DNA of 64,000 nt, taken from positions 248,001-312,000 of the forward strand of contig NIVC01000491.1 in the NCBI GenBank assembly GCA_002269645.1. Reading direction: 5' to 3'. Source of the DNA: Macrostomum lignano (Eukaryota). The position numbers were made by a program, and so were the translations under genes. The notes under the pieces are model-generated. The model had not been told where the DNA came from, ran no database searches, and was given only the letters and a program-made list of their open reading frames with translations. Positions 22,955 through 33,936 of this stretch are shown here, piece after piece (the first letter of the stretch is position 1; each line of letters begins with the position of its first letter).

Positions 22955-24247
22955 GGAGGGGCACTACAAAAGTGTTTAGCTACATCTAAACAGAAGCAGC
23001 TTTGAAGCTGAAATTTTCGCAGCTTGTCAAAGTATCCTCCTTCAGCCTGGATGCAGCGCCTCATACTCTGAAACCAGGTGACGAAGCAGTGGTGGGACTT
23101 GGAAGTCGACACCCCTTCACCATCTCGTCAAATGCATAAACAGCCTCCTCTGCAGTCGAAAATTGCCGGCCAAGCAAGGAATCCTTGACTTTAGGGAACA
23201 GGAAAGAGTCACACGGTGCCAGATCAGGCGAGCATGGCCGGTGACTGGTCAGCTGCAGACCCTGAGTCTGCAGAAACTACCGTGTTGCCTGAGCCGTGTG
23301 AGCGCTGGCCTTGTCCTGAAGCCTCGGACACCGGACTTTGGACGCGTCCTGCTCAGTCTGTGGATGACCTGCGGCAAGCAGACGCCAGTATACCAGGCCA
23401 CAGTCACCGTGCGCTGGTCCAGCAGCCGCACAGTCACCACGTGACCTGAGCGACGGAAAAAAGTTTCGACCATTTGCTTGCCGGTGCTCCTGCCTCGCAC
23501 GACCTTCGTTGGCGGCACCTCGTCTGGAAACGCCCACACCTGCGACTGGCACTTGCACTCTGGCTCGTAGCAGTACACCCAAGTCTCGTCGCATGTCACG
23601 ATGTCGGCGACCGCCTTTGACGCTCCATCGCTGTACTTTTGTAGCATTTGGCGGCACTAATCGACCCTAGTCTGTTTCTCCTCAGGCTGAACCAATTGGG
23701 GCACCCAGCGACTGGTCAGCTTGCGCAAGCCGATGTGGTTGTGAAGGATTTTAGCGATTGCCAGTGAATGGATGCCCATGGATTCCTCTATCTCCGTGTA
23801 GGTTATCCGCCTGTCAGCTTCAACCAGCTGGCGGACACGAGCCACTGTTTCTGGTGTCGTGGCAGTTGCAGTGTCGTGGCAGTCCTCATCTTCCAACGTG
23901 TCTCGGCCACAACGAAACTCGCGGAACCAGTTTCTGACAGTTGCAGGCGATGGAGCAGCTTCTGTGAAAGCCGCTGACAGCCTTTTGTGGTACTGGTGGC
24001 AATCAAGGCTGTTGCGATAGTCATAAAAGATCCTGGCACAAAAGTGCTCGCGATTCAGTTTCATGAGCTCTGCTGGAAAGTGTGCAGAGGTGCAGAAGTT
24101 ATCTGGCTCTAGCGGCTGAATGCTGCAAGATATTTGCCTGAAATTTTATCCATCATCGTCATTTTTGTTGTCCGTAGGCCTGTGAAAAAATAAAGCTGAT
24201 AGGACAAACAACTGATGTGTGGCTAAAAACTTTTGCAGTGCCCCTCG
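22955..24247 (-). mobile_element. Decayed mariner (Tc1/mariner, DD34D-type) transposon, 1293 bp, TA TSD
   Basis: TIRs (c/g)gaggggcact(g/a)caaaagt; TA at 22953-54 and 24248-49; transposase fragments (FREFRCGR..LED, IVTCDETWVYCYEPE, SPDLAPCDSFLFP) broken by a stop at 23657 and frameshifts. Confidence 0.92.
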
Positions 24248-24529
24248 TAATGTTGATTTGCAATTATTTATATAGCAATAGCAAATTCTAAAATATAATC
24301 AAACATAGTAAATCAATGTTAAAAAGCTGGAACAGATTGCAATCACTGACATTTGCATGCTAATGATTGGATCCAGAAATTTCAAAATTTCCATAATAAA
24401 CCGGATTAAAAAACAATTGTTCATAATTTGTAATATATTGCCGAGTTTAGTAGAAACAATTGTCAAATCAAACAATTGTAGGTAAGAATCGTTCTTTGTT
24501 TACCTCATTTCAACAGCATCCGCCCTTTC

Positions 24530-24860
24530 CTCCGCCCCAACCCTCAGCCAAAGCGGCATCCGCCCTTTTCTCCGCCCAACCCTCAGCCAAAGCGGCATCC
24601 GCCCTTTCCTCCGCCCAACCCTCAGCCAAAGCGGCGTCCGCCCTTTTCTCCGCCCCAACCCTCAGCCAAAGCGGCGTCCGCCCTTTTCTCCGCCCCAACC
24701 CTCAGCCAAAGCGGCGTCCGCCCTTTTCTCCGCCCCAACCCTCAGCCAAAGCGGCATCCGCCCTTTGCTCCGCCCCAACCCTCAGCCAAAGCGGCATCCG
24801 CCCTTTGCTCCGCCCCAACCCTCAGCCAAAGCGGCATCCGCCCTTTGCTCCGCCCCCACC
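24530..24860. repeat. 40-bp GC-rich minisatellite
   Basis: ccgccctttgctccgccccaaccctcagccaaagcggcat repeats. Confidence 0.92.
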
Positions 24861-24940
24861 TTCTGACGAAGTGGCATTCGCTCTTCATTTTAATCAACAT
24901 TTTATGAAACAATTAATCCGAAATTATTAATGCGTTTCTC

Positions 24941-25006
24941 TAAGTTTTCAAGCGTGGTAAGGTCTTTTAGTAATCAAATTTGATCAGCTGTTTCGACGTA
25001 CATCAT
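24941..25006 (-). ncRNA. Box C/D snoRNA family Y, degenerate D box
   Basis: C and D' retained; terminal box reads CTTA. Confidence 0.4.
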
Positions 25007-25407
25007 GTTGAGAAACTTTACAATTATACTACCGGGTAAAATAAATTGTAGATAAACATGTTCACTTACATAAATATTTAATGAGTCATATTGATTTCAA
25101 ATTCCATCACAGTAGTATTATTAGTAGGTCTGCAATGGTTTAAAGAATAAATTTAAGAAATTAAGATTACAATCATAGAAAATTAGAATGACTCATGATT
25201 GGATCTATGTCATCATTTGAACAGGTTCTCCACATTTACATTCGAGAAAACACACAGTATAAAATATGTAGTACTTAGCTTAACAACTTACTATTAGTAA
25301 CATAGTGAAGTGACGGCATTCCTTAACCTGAAAAGAAAAAATCAAAAGTCATTTAAAAGTTATACATGAAACATTCAAAAAGACGCTTTATCAATTACTA
25401 TTACTAA

Positions 25408-25474
25408 TCAGTAGTAACATTTGACTATCACATGGCGTAGCATCAAACAATGTAGGTAAGAATTTATTCATCAT
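25408..25474 (-). ncRNA. SNORD34: Box C/D snoRNA, U34-like
   Basis: ATGATGA, TACCTACATTGT-TTGA, GTGATAG, CTGA. Confidence 0.8.
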
Positions 25475-25828
25475 AATACTTGCGATCAGTTTCTAATTCC
25501 TAAATAATTATGTAATTAAAGTTTCTACAATCAGACAATTGCGTTATTAGTCTTCCTCACTGAATACTGACTACCTACTAATAGTAGTTTAGTATCAGTA
25601 GACCGTCTTTGGCTTTTGGCTTTGGAACATGGCTTTGTGTGTTTATTCTTCTATATACTTTTAAAAGAAAACAGATACTAGAAAAATAGGCATCAACTTA
25701 CTTCACAAAACATATGACGTAGACTTCATCGTTGGTGACCTACAATATTTTTAAAATAAGTTATAATTGTAATGTTGAATTGCAATTATTTGTGTAGCAA
25801 ATTCCAAAATATAGTGAAACTTATTATA

Positions 25829-25900
25829 TCAGGGTTAAAAAGCTCGAACAGATTGCAATCACTGACATTTGCATGCTCATGATTGGATCTATGTCATCAT
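25829..25900 (-). ncRNA. SNORD36: Box C/D snoRNA, U36-like
   Basis: CGAGCTTTTTAACC-CTGA. Confidence 0.85.
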
Positions 25901-26080
25901 TCTAATGATTTATAACTTCTCTCGAAATCTTCAGAAGCAATGTTCATTGTGCAATAGCAAAAACTCACTTGGCAATTGATTGATCAATATCTGAAAATTG
26001 AAAAAATGTTTTTTTGTAGAGATGCAAATATTAACTTATTCTAGAAAGATAGCGTTTTTTCAAATTATATATATTTACGA

Positions 26081-26152
26081 TCAGAAAATGATGGAACGGT
26101 AAAAAGATAAATATCAATATAAAATTATCATATGGCAGAATCTAATCATCAC
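26081..26152 (-). ncRNA. SNORD47: Box C/D snoRNA, U47-like
   Basis: GATTCTGCCATATGA and ACCGTTCCAT. Confidence 0.82.
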
Positions 26153-26350
26153 GTATTTTATGCATTTAATGTATTCAGCATTGCATATTGCAATAGATTG
26201 AACTTACAGTGTAAAAGTTGCAGTTGCAGTTTCGCTGCCAGTAACCATGATAAACTAAGCCACCTGGAATTTTGTAAAATAAATATTCACATAACAAGCA
26301 GAACTAAAAACAATCATTTATTTACTCTTGTAATGTATGTATCGCAGAGT

Positions 26351-26413
26351 TCAGTACAAAAATCTACTATCAAATTACAAAATCAAACAATGTAGGTAAG
26401 AATTGTTCATCAT
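26351..26413 (-). ncRNA. SNORD34: Box C/D snoRNA, U34-like
   Basis: ATGATGA, TACCTACATTGT-TTGA, CTGA. Confidence 0.8.
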
Positions 26414-26612
26414 AAACTACTAAATGGTGTAATTTTAATTTGAATAAACAATGAAACATAAAATTAACTTAATTTTTACCTGTTGGAATTTAAAAAGACA
26501 GGGATGTCTTCACCAGATCTGAAAAGATGTTTCAGAAAACATTTTTACTGACTTCAATTTTTCAATCGAATCTAAAATCTGCTCTTCTACGAGCTATAGT
26601 CAACGCGAATCA

Positions 26613-26679
26613 TCAGAAACAGCCTCTAAATTGTTGATCACAATTTGATCAGATGCTTGGTGAATATAGTAATCATCAC
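26613..26679 (-). ncRNA. SNORD95: Box C/D snoRNA, U95-like family B
   Basis: As the 22218 copy. Confidence 0.82.
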
Positions 26680-26744
26680 TGATTCACGGAAATTCTCCTA
26701 AAATTGAAACTTAGTTTACGCCACACACTAATGACAGAGCGATC

Positions 26745-27290
26745 TAAGGAGAGAGAGTGGCCCTGGGATCTGAGGTGACAGAGTGACCCTGGGATCTGAG
26801 GAGACAGAGTGGCCCTGGAATCTGAGGGGACAGTGACCCTGGGATCTGAGGAGACAGAGTGGCCCTGGAATCTGAGGGGACAGTGACCCTGGGATCTGAG
26901 GTGACAAAATGACCCTGGGATCTGAGGTGACAAAGTGACCCTGGGATCTGAGGAGACAGAGTGGCCCTGGGATCTGAGGGGACAGTGACCCTGGGATCTG
27001 AGGTGACAAAATGACCCTGGGATCTGAGGTGACAAAGTGACCCTGGGATCTGAGGAGACAGAGTGGCCCTGGGATCTGAGGTGACAGAGTGACCCTGGGA
27101 TCTGAGGTGACAGAGTGACCCTGGGATCTGAGGTGACAGAGTGACCCTGGGATCTGAGGTGACAGAGTGACCCTGGGACCTGAGGGGACAGAGTAACCCT
27201 GGGAGCTGAGGGGACAGAGTGACCCTGGGATCTGAGGGGACGGTGTGACTCCGCGTTTTGAGGTGACCCTGGGATCCGAGGTGACAGATT
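26745..27290. repeat. 26-bp satellite array 2
   Basis: Same unit as 22365. Confidence 0.92.
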
Positions 27291-27430
27291 ACCTTATTGT
27301 AGCATCAAACAATGTAGGTAAGAGTTTAATCAATTATATTTTAGGCTTGAAACTTGTGATCAGTTTCAAATTCTTATAATTGTATAGTTAAAGTTCCCAT
27401 AATCAGACAGTTGCGTTATTAAAGTTTTCC

Positions 27431-27497
27431 TCAGTGAATACTATAACTAACTACTAATAGTAGTTTAGTATCAGTAGACCGTCGTGTTTGTCATCAC
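27431..27497 (-). ncRNA. SNORD35: Box C/D snoRNA, U35-like, long form
   Basis: As the 22738 copy. Confidence 0.8.
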
Positions 27498-27795
27498 ATT
27501 ATTAAGGAACATGGCCCTGTGTGTTTATTTTAAATTACTCCTAAACAAACATATACTAGAAAAATAGGCAATTACCTTCTTCACAAAACATATGATGTAG
27601 ACTTCATTTTTGGTGAACTGCAATAATATTAAAATAAGTTATAATGGTAGTGTTGATTTAAAATAATTTATTTAGCAAATTTCTAAAATATGGCATCTTG
27701 CTCCGCCCTCACATTTCGCCAATGTGACATTCGCCTATCGGTGGCTGTTTTACCCGCATTTTATGAAACAATTAAAAAGCATGAATGCGTTTCTC

Positions 27796-27862
27796 TCAGT
27801 TTTCTTATGCAACCCAGCTTGTTTAGTAATCACATGTGATCAGCTGTTTCGACGTACATCAT
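27796..27862 (-). ncRNA. Box C/D snoRNA, orphan family Y
   Basis: ATGATGT-ACGTCGAAACAG-CTGA...GTGATTA...CTGA; flanking stem gtttctc/gagaaac. Confidence 0.6.
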
Positions 27863-28075
27863 GTTGAGAAACTTTATAAACCATACTACCGGGTAAAATA
27901 AATTGTAGATAAACATTTTCAAATTACATAAATAATGGGCATCTCGATTTCCCACCACATAGCAGGATCTATAGTAGGTCTGTAATGGTAAAAAAAAATA
28001 AATAAAAAGTTTAGAATTAATTTACAATGGGAAGGCAATTTAATAAGTATTAAATTAAAATTAACTAATGTACCG

Positions 28076-28147
28076 TCAGGGTTAAAAAGCTCGAACAGAT
28101 TGCAATCACTGACATTTGCATGCTCATGATTGGATCTATGTCATCAT
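28076..28147 (-). ncRNA. SNORD36: Box C/D snoRNA, U36-like
   Basis: Identical core to the 25829 copy. Confidence 0.85.
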
Positions 28148-28405
28148 TCTAATGATTATTTATAACTTCTCAAAATTGTCATAAGCAATGTTAATTGTGC
28201 AATAACAAACTCACTTGGCAATTGATTGGTCAATATCTGAATAGTATAACATATATTAAACGCACAGCGAGCAAGTTGTAGCCTCGCTGCCAGTAAACTT
28301 GATAGAGTAAGCCACCTGGAATTTTGTAAAATAAATATTCACTATAACATAAGCAGAACTAAAAACAACAAATTCTAATCTCTTGTAATGTATGTATCGC
28401 CGAGT

Positions 28406-28468
28406 TTAGTACAAAAATCTACTATCAAATTACAAAATCAAACAATGTAGGTAAGAATTGTTCATCAT
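28406..28468 (-). ncRNA. SNORD34: Box C/D snoRNA, U34-like, D box mutated to CTAA
   Basis: C box and guide intact. Confidence 0.6.
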
Positions 28469-28674
28469 AAACTACTAAATGGTGTAATTTTAAATTGAAT
28501 AAACAATGAAACATAAAATTAAGTTAATTTTTACCTGTTGGAATTTAAACCAGACAGAATGGACAGTCTTTGCCAAGTCTGAAAGGATGTTTTAGAGAAC
28601 AATTTTTACTGATTTAAAATTTTTTAACTGAATCTAAAATCGGCTCTTTTGCGAGGTTAAGTCAATGCGAATCA

Positions 28675-28741
28675 TCAGAAACAGCCTCTAAATTGTCTAT
28701 CACAATTTGATCAGATGCTTGGTGAATATAGTAATCATCAC
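28675..28741 (-). ncRNA. SNORD95: Box C/D snoRNA, U95-like family B
   Basis: As the 22218 copy. Confidence 0.82.
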
Positions 28742-28794
28742 TGATTCACGGAAATTCTCCTTAAATTGAAACTCAGTTTATGCCACACACTAAT

Positions 28795-29360
28795 GACAGG
28801 GTGATCTGAGGGGAGAGTGACCCCGGGATTTGAGGGGACAGAGTGAAATTGGGATCTGGGGTGACAGAGTGACCCTGGGATCTGACGGGACAGCGACCCT
28901 GGGATCTGAGGGGACAGCGACCCTGGGATCTGAGGGGAAAGTGACCCTGGGATTTGAGGGGACAGAGTGATCTTTGGATCTGGGGTGACAGAGTGACCCT
29001 GGGATCTGGGGTGACAGAGTGACCCTGGGATCTGACGGGACAGCGACCCTGGGATCTGAGGGGACAGCGACCCTGGGATCTGAGGGGAAAGTGACCCTGG
29101 GATCTGGGGTGACAGAGTGATCTTGGGATCTGTGGTGACAGAGTGATCTTGGGATCTGTGGTGACAGAGTAACCTTGGGATCTGAGGTAACAGAGTGACC
29201 CTGGGATCCGAGGTGACAGAGTGACCTGGGATCCGAGGTGACAGAGTGACCCTTGGATCTGAGGGGACGGTGTGACTCTGCGTTGTGAGGTGACCCTGGG
29301 ATCTGAGTGGACGGTGTGACTCTGCGTTGTGAGGTGACCCTGGGATCCGAGGTGACAGAT
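28795..29360. repeat. 26-bp satellite array 3
   Basis: Same unit as 22365. Confidence 0.92.
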
Positions 29361-29501
29361 CACCTTATTGTAGCATCAAACAATGTAGGTACGAGTTTAA
29401 TCAATCATATTTTAGGCTTGAAACTTGTGATCAGTTTTTAATTCCTATAATTATATAGTTAAAGTTCCTATAATCAGACAGTTGCGTTATTAAAGTTTTC
29501 C

Positions 29502-29567
29502 TCACTGAATACCAGAACTACCTACTAATAGTAGTTAGTATCAGTAGACCGTCGTGTTTGTCATCAC
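29502..29567 (-). ncRNA. SNORD35: Box C/D snoRNA, U35-like, long form (D box GTGA)
   Basis: C box, guide and D' intact. Confidence 0.65.
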
Positions 29568-29781
29568 ATTAATAAGGAAGGTGGCTCTGTGTACCTATTT
29601 TTATTACTTTAAAAACAAACAGAAATAATAAATCGGATATTAACTTACTTCACAAAACAGACGAACTAGACCTCATCTTTGCTGAACTGCAATAGTTTTA
29701 AAATAAGTTACATGTATAATAGTAATATTAACTTACAATTATCTATATAGAAAATTATACAATATAATGAGACTTATTAAA

Positions 29782-29853
29782 TCAGGGTTAAAAAGCTCGA
29801 ACAGATTGCAATCACTGACACTGGCATGCTCATGATTGGATCTATGTCATCAT
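29782..29853 (-). ncRNA. SNORD36: Box C/D snoRNA, U36-like
   Basis: CGAGCTTTTTAACC-CTGA. Confidence 0.85.
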
Positions 29854-30034
29854 TCTAAATACTGTCAGAAGCAATGCTCAATGTAAAAATGACAAACTCA
29901 CTTAGAAATTTGATTTGTCAATCAATATATCTGAAAATTGACAAAAATCAAAAGATAAAAATAGTTAAATTTTTCCAAAAAGATTATTTATCGCCAATTA
30001 CATAACATACTCGTATATGACATATATGTTAATA

Positions 30035-30105
30035 TCAGATAATTATGGAACGGTAAAGATAAATATCAATGCAAAAATTATCATATGGCAGAATCGAATC
30101 ATCAT
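30035..30105 (-). ncRNA. SNORD47: Box C/D snoRNA, U47-like
   Basis: GATTCTGCCATATGA and ACCGTTCCAT. Confidence 0.82.
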
Positions 30106-30297
30106 GATTGGAAATAGTTTTAGATAATTTAATAATCATATCTTTTACATTGAACTCACAGAATGCAAGTTGCAATTTCGCTGCCAGTGACCATGATATT
30201 CGACATAAGGGAACCTGCAATTAAAATATTCACATATTGTAATAAGCCGAACTACAGAAACAATTGTTCATTTCTTGGAATGCACTACAGAGTTAGC

Positions 30298-30360
30298 TCA
30301 GTATAAACATCTACTATCAAATTGTCAAATCAAACAATGTAGGTAAGAATTGTTCATCAT
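30298..30360 (-). ncRNA. SNORD34: Box C/D snoRNA, U34-like
   Basis: All boxes and guide present. Confidence 0.8.
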
Positions 30361-30574
30361 AAACTACGAGTACAGCAGAGGTGAAATTTATAAATTAAAT
30401 AAACAATGAAAGCAGAAGTTTAATTTTATTTACCTGTTAGGCCTTAAACAAACAGCGGCCGGTATTTATTAGATCTGGAATGATGTTAACAATTTTTACA
30501 GACTTCAAAAAAGTACATTAGAAGTGGACTATTAATATTTATTAGCACTCCCTTTGTGTAGTCAATGCGAATCA

Positions 30575-30641
30575 TCAGAAACAGCCTCTAAATTGTCGAT
30601 CACAATTTGATCAGATGCTTGGTGAATGTATTACTTATCAT
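30575..30641 (-). ncRNA. SNORD95: Box C/D snoRNA, U95-like family B (C box ATGATAA)
   Basis: Both guide segments intact. Confidence 0.72.
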
Positions 30642-30699
30642 TGATTCACAGGAATTCTCCTCAAATTGAAACTTATTTTATGCCCTACTAATAACGTGA

Positions 30700-31645
30700 T
30701 CTGCGGTGAGTCACCCTGGGATCTGAGGTGACAGAGTGACCCTGGGATCTGAGGTGACAGAGTGACCCTGGGATCTGAGGTGACAGAGTGACCCTGGGCT
30801 GAGGTGACAGAGTGACCCTGGGATCTGGGGTGACAGAGTGACCCTGGGATCTGAGGTGACAGAGTGACCCTGGGATCTGAGGTGACAGAGTGACCCTGGG
30901 ATCTGAGGTGACAGAGTGACCCTGGGCTGAGGTGACAGAGTGACCCTGGGATCTGGGGTGACAGAGTGACCCTGGGCTGAGGTGACAGTGACCCCGGGAT
31001 CTGGGGTTACAGAGTGACCCTTGGCTGAGGTGACAGTGACCCCGGGATCTGGGGTTACAGAGTGACCCTTGGCTGAGGTGACAGAGTGACCCTGGGATCT
31101 GGGGTGACAGAGTGACCCTGGGATCTGAGGTGACAGAGTGACCTTGGGATCTGCGGTGACAGAGTGACCCTGGGATCTGCGGTGACAGAGTGACCCTGGG
31201 ATCTGAGGTGACAGAGTGACCCTGGGCTGAGGTGACAGAGTGACCCTGGGATCTGGGGTGACAGAGTGACCCTGGGATCTGAGGTGACAGAGTGACCCTG
31301 GGCTGAGGTGACAGAGTGACCCTGGGATCTGGGGTGACAGAGTGACCCTGGGATCTGAGGTGACAGAGTGACCCTGGGATCTGAGGTGACAGAGTGACCC
31401 TGGGCTGAGGTGACAGTGACCCTGGGATCTGGGGTGACAGAGTGACCCTGGGCTGAGGTGACAGTGACCCCGGGATCTGGGGTTACAGAGTGACCCTTGG
31501 CTGAGGTGACAGAGTGACCCTGGGATCTGGGGTGACAGAGTGACCCTGGGATCTGGGGTGACAGAGTGACCCTGGGATCTGGGGTGACAGAGTGACCCTG
31601 GGCTGAGGTGACAGAGTGACCCCGGGATCTGAGGTGACAGAGCCA
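30700..31645. repeat. 26-bp satellite array 4 (largest)
   Basis: Same unit as 22365. Confidence 0.92.
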
Positions 31646-31884
31646 ATATAGAGTTTTCTAAACAATAAGAGGGCGTGAGTTTTTAATGTACTTATAGAAA
31701 TCCAAACCTACAGCTAATTAAGATAGATGGTTTTACCATGCGATAAGCAGATCAGCATTCTTCGTCAAACTTAAGGCGGATCGCAGCAATTCTGCAATAG
31801 AAATATGTGGTAATAAAATAAGAACAGTATGTATGTACATTGCTGCAATATTTTTGATTGTCAAAGAAAGCATCACAGCACAAT

Positions 31885-31953
31885 TCAGGGTTAAAAAGCT
31901 CATAAAGTTTGCAATCATTTAAATTGCAATCATTATTGGATCTATGTCATCAT
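31885..31953 (-). ncRNA. SNORD36: Box C/D snoRNA, U36-like
   Basis: GAGCTTTTTAACC-CTGA. Confidence 0.82.
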
Positions 31954-32134
31954 TGTTGACTATATTATTAATAATAACACAATAATAAAAATACACAAAA
32001 AAGCATGACACACGTACTGATGACAACCTTCGAACGCAGGTCAACTCTTGCATCTGTAATATAAAATTTTAAATTTAGCATAGAATATCATATATATATA
32101 TATACATACAAAATTATCACAAGTGTCTAAAGAA

Positions 32135-32211
32135 TCAGATAAGATTGAAGGGTAAAAGATTAATATCAGACCTAGCTAGAGCTGATCATATGGCAGAATC
32201 AATTACATCAT
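32135..32211 (-). ncRNA. SNORD47: Box C/D snoRNA, U47-like (second element diverged)
   Basis: GATTCTGCCATATGA intact. Confidence 0.72.
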
Positions 32212-32462
32212 TTTAGACTTTTGTTTGAAATGCAAATGTTTCAAGCACAGAGCTGTATATGAATGCTAAAAATGCGCATTTTACTCACTAGTCCCTAAGA
32301 TATGAATTTCCCAAAATAACTTACTTAAACGAAATTCTATTGTTGCGTGTGTTTAAGATCTGCGTCTGAAAAAAGATGATAAAAACATGATGTTGTAGTT
32401 ATGCAATTAATTTAAAACATGCTTTACGGTACTAAATAGTTTATTTGTTCAATAAATAGTCA

Positions 32463-32529
32463 TCAGAAACAGCCTCTAAATTGTCGATCAGATTTTGATC
32501 AGATTCTTGGTGAATGTATTACTCATCAT
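32463..32529 (-). ncRNA. SNORD95: Box C/D snoRNA, U95-like family B
   Basis: TAGAGGCTGTTT-CTGA. Confidence 0.8.
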
Positions 32530-32584
32530 TCAGTAAATAAAAACAGTATTTTTTCTAAAACTAAGATTCCACAAAGGTGGAATG

Positions 32585-33165
32585 ACTGGGATCTAAGGTG
32601 ACACTAACACAGTGACCCTGGGATCTGCGGTGACAGAGTGACCCTGGGATCTGAGGTGACAGTGACCCTGGGAGCTGAGGTGACAGAGTGACCCTGGGAG
32701 CTGAGGTGACAGAGTGACCCTGGGATCTGAGGTGACAGAGTGACCCTGGGATCTGAGGTGACAGAGTGACCCTGGGATCTGAGGTGACAGAGTGACCCTG
32801 GGATCTGCGGTGACAGAGTGACCCTGGGATCTGCGGTGACAGAGTGACCCTGGGATCTGAGGTGACAGTGACCCTGGGAGCTGAGGTGACAGAGTGACCC
32901 TGGGATCTGCGGTGACAGAGTGACCCTGGGAGCTGAGCTGACAGAGTGACCCTGGGATCTGCGGTGACAGAGTGACCCTGGGATCTGAGGTGACAGAGTG
33001 ACCCTGGGATCTTAGGGGACAGAGTGACCCTGGGATCTGAGGTGACAGTGACCCTGGGATCTGAGGTGACAGTGACCCTGGGATCTGAGGTGACAGAGTG
33101 ACCCTGGGATCTGAGGTGACAGAGTGACCCTGGGATCTGAGCTGACAGAGTGACCCTGGGATCTG
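32585..33165. repeat. 26-bp satellite array 5
   Basis: Same unit as 22365. Confidence 0.92.
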
Positions 33166-33196
33166 CTCTTTTACGAGCTATAGTCAATGCAAATCA

Positions 33197-33263
33197 TCAG
33201 AAACAGCCTCTAAATTGTCGATCAAAATTTGATCCGATGCTTGGTGAATATATTACTCATCAC
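33197..33263 (-). ncRNA. SNORD95: Box C/D snoRNA, U95-like family B (D' reads TCGGA)
   Basis: TAGAGGCTGTTT-CTGA. Confidence 0.75.
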
Positions 33264-33475
33264 TGATTCACGGAAATTCTCCTCAAATTGAAAATTAGTT
33301 CTAACCGCAGCAACTAGAGGGTGAACTAAGGAAACAGAGTGACCTAGAGATCTGAGGTACTGTGACAGAGTGACCCAGGGATCTGAGGTACTGTGACAGA
33401 GTGACACTGGCCTACATAAATGCTAGTCTAAACATATATTTATATAATTCAACAGCCAAAAAAGCACAAGTCGAT

Positions 33476-33542
33476 TCAGGGTTAAAAAGCTCAAAGTTTG
33501 CAATCATTGAAATTGCAATCATTATTGGATCTATGTCATCAC
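33476..33542 (-). ncRNA. SNORD36: Box C/D snoRNA, U36-like
   Basis: GAGCTTTTTAACC-CTGA. Confidence 0.82.
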
Positions 33543-33936
33543 TTAAGTCTTGTGCTGGTACAATTACATGTAATAAAATATTAAAAGTACAAAGAGAATA
33601 ATAAGACTGAAAACTTACCACGATGACAATTTAGCAAGCAGATGACCAATGACCATTTAGTCTGCAAGTGTGAATGGATAAATAAAACATGATAAGTATT
33701 TTTGTTCCGTTTTTAAAGTAGAGAAATGCAATAAATTTAAATTATGTTTAAACCCCAAAAGACTAACGCAGAATAAAAGCAAGTGGCACAAAAGACCGGC
33801 AGATGCGGCCCAGAAAGGGAAAACGAACCCCAACACCAACAGAAAGAGAGAGGAAGGAGACAAGCGTGTAAAATCAAATCAACGAGCCGCAGAATAAATT
33901 AAACCAAGCCAAAAAAGCCAGGTCCAAGCAATAGCT

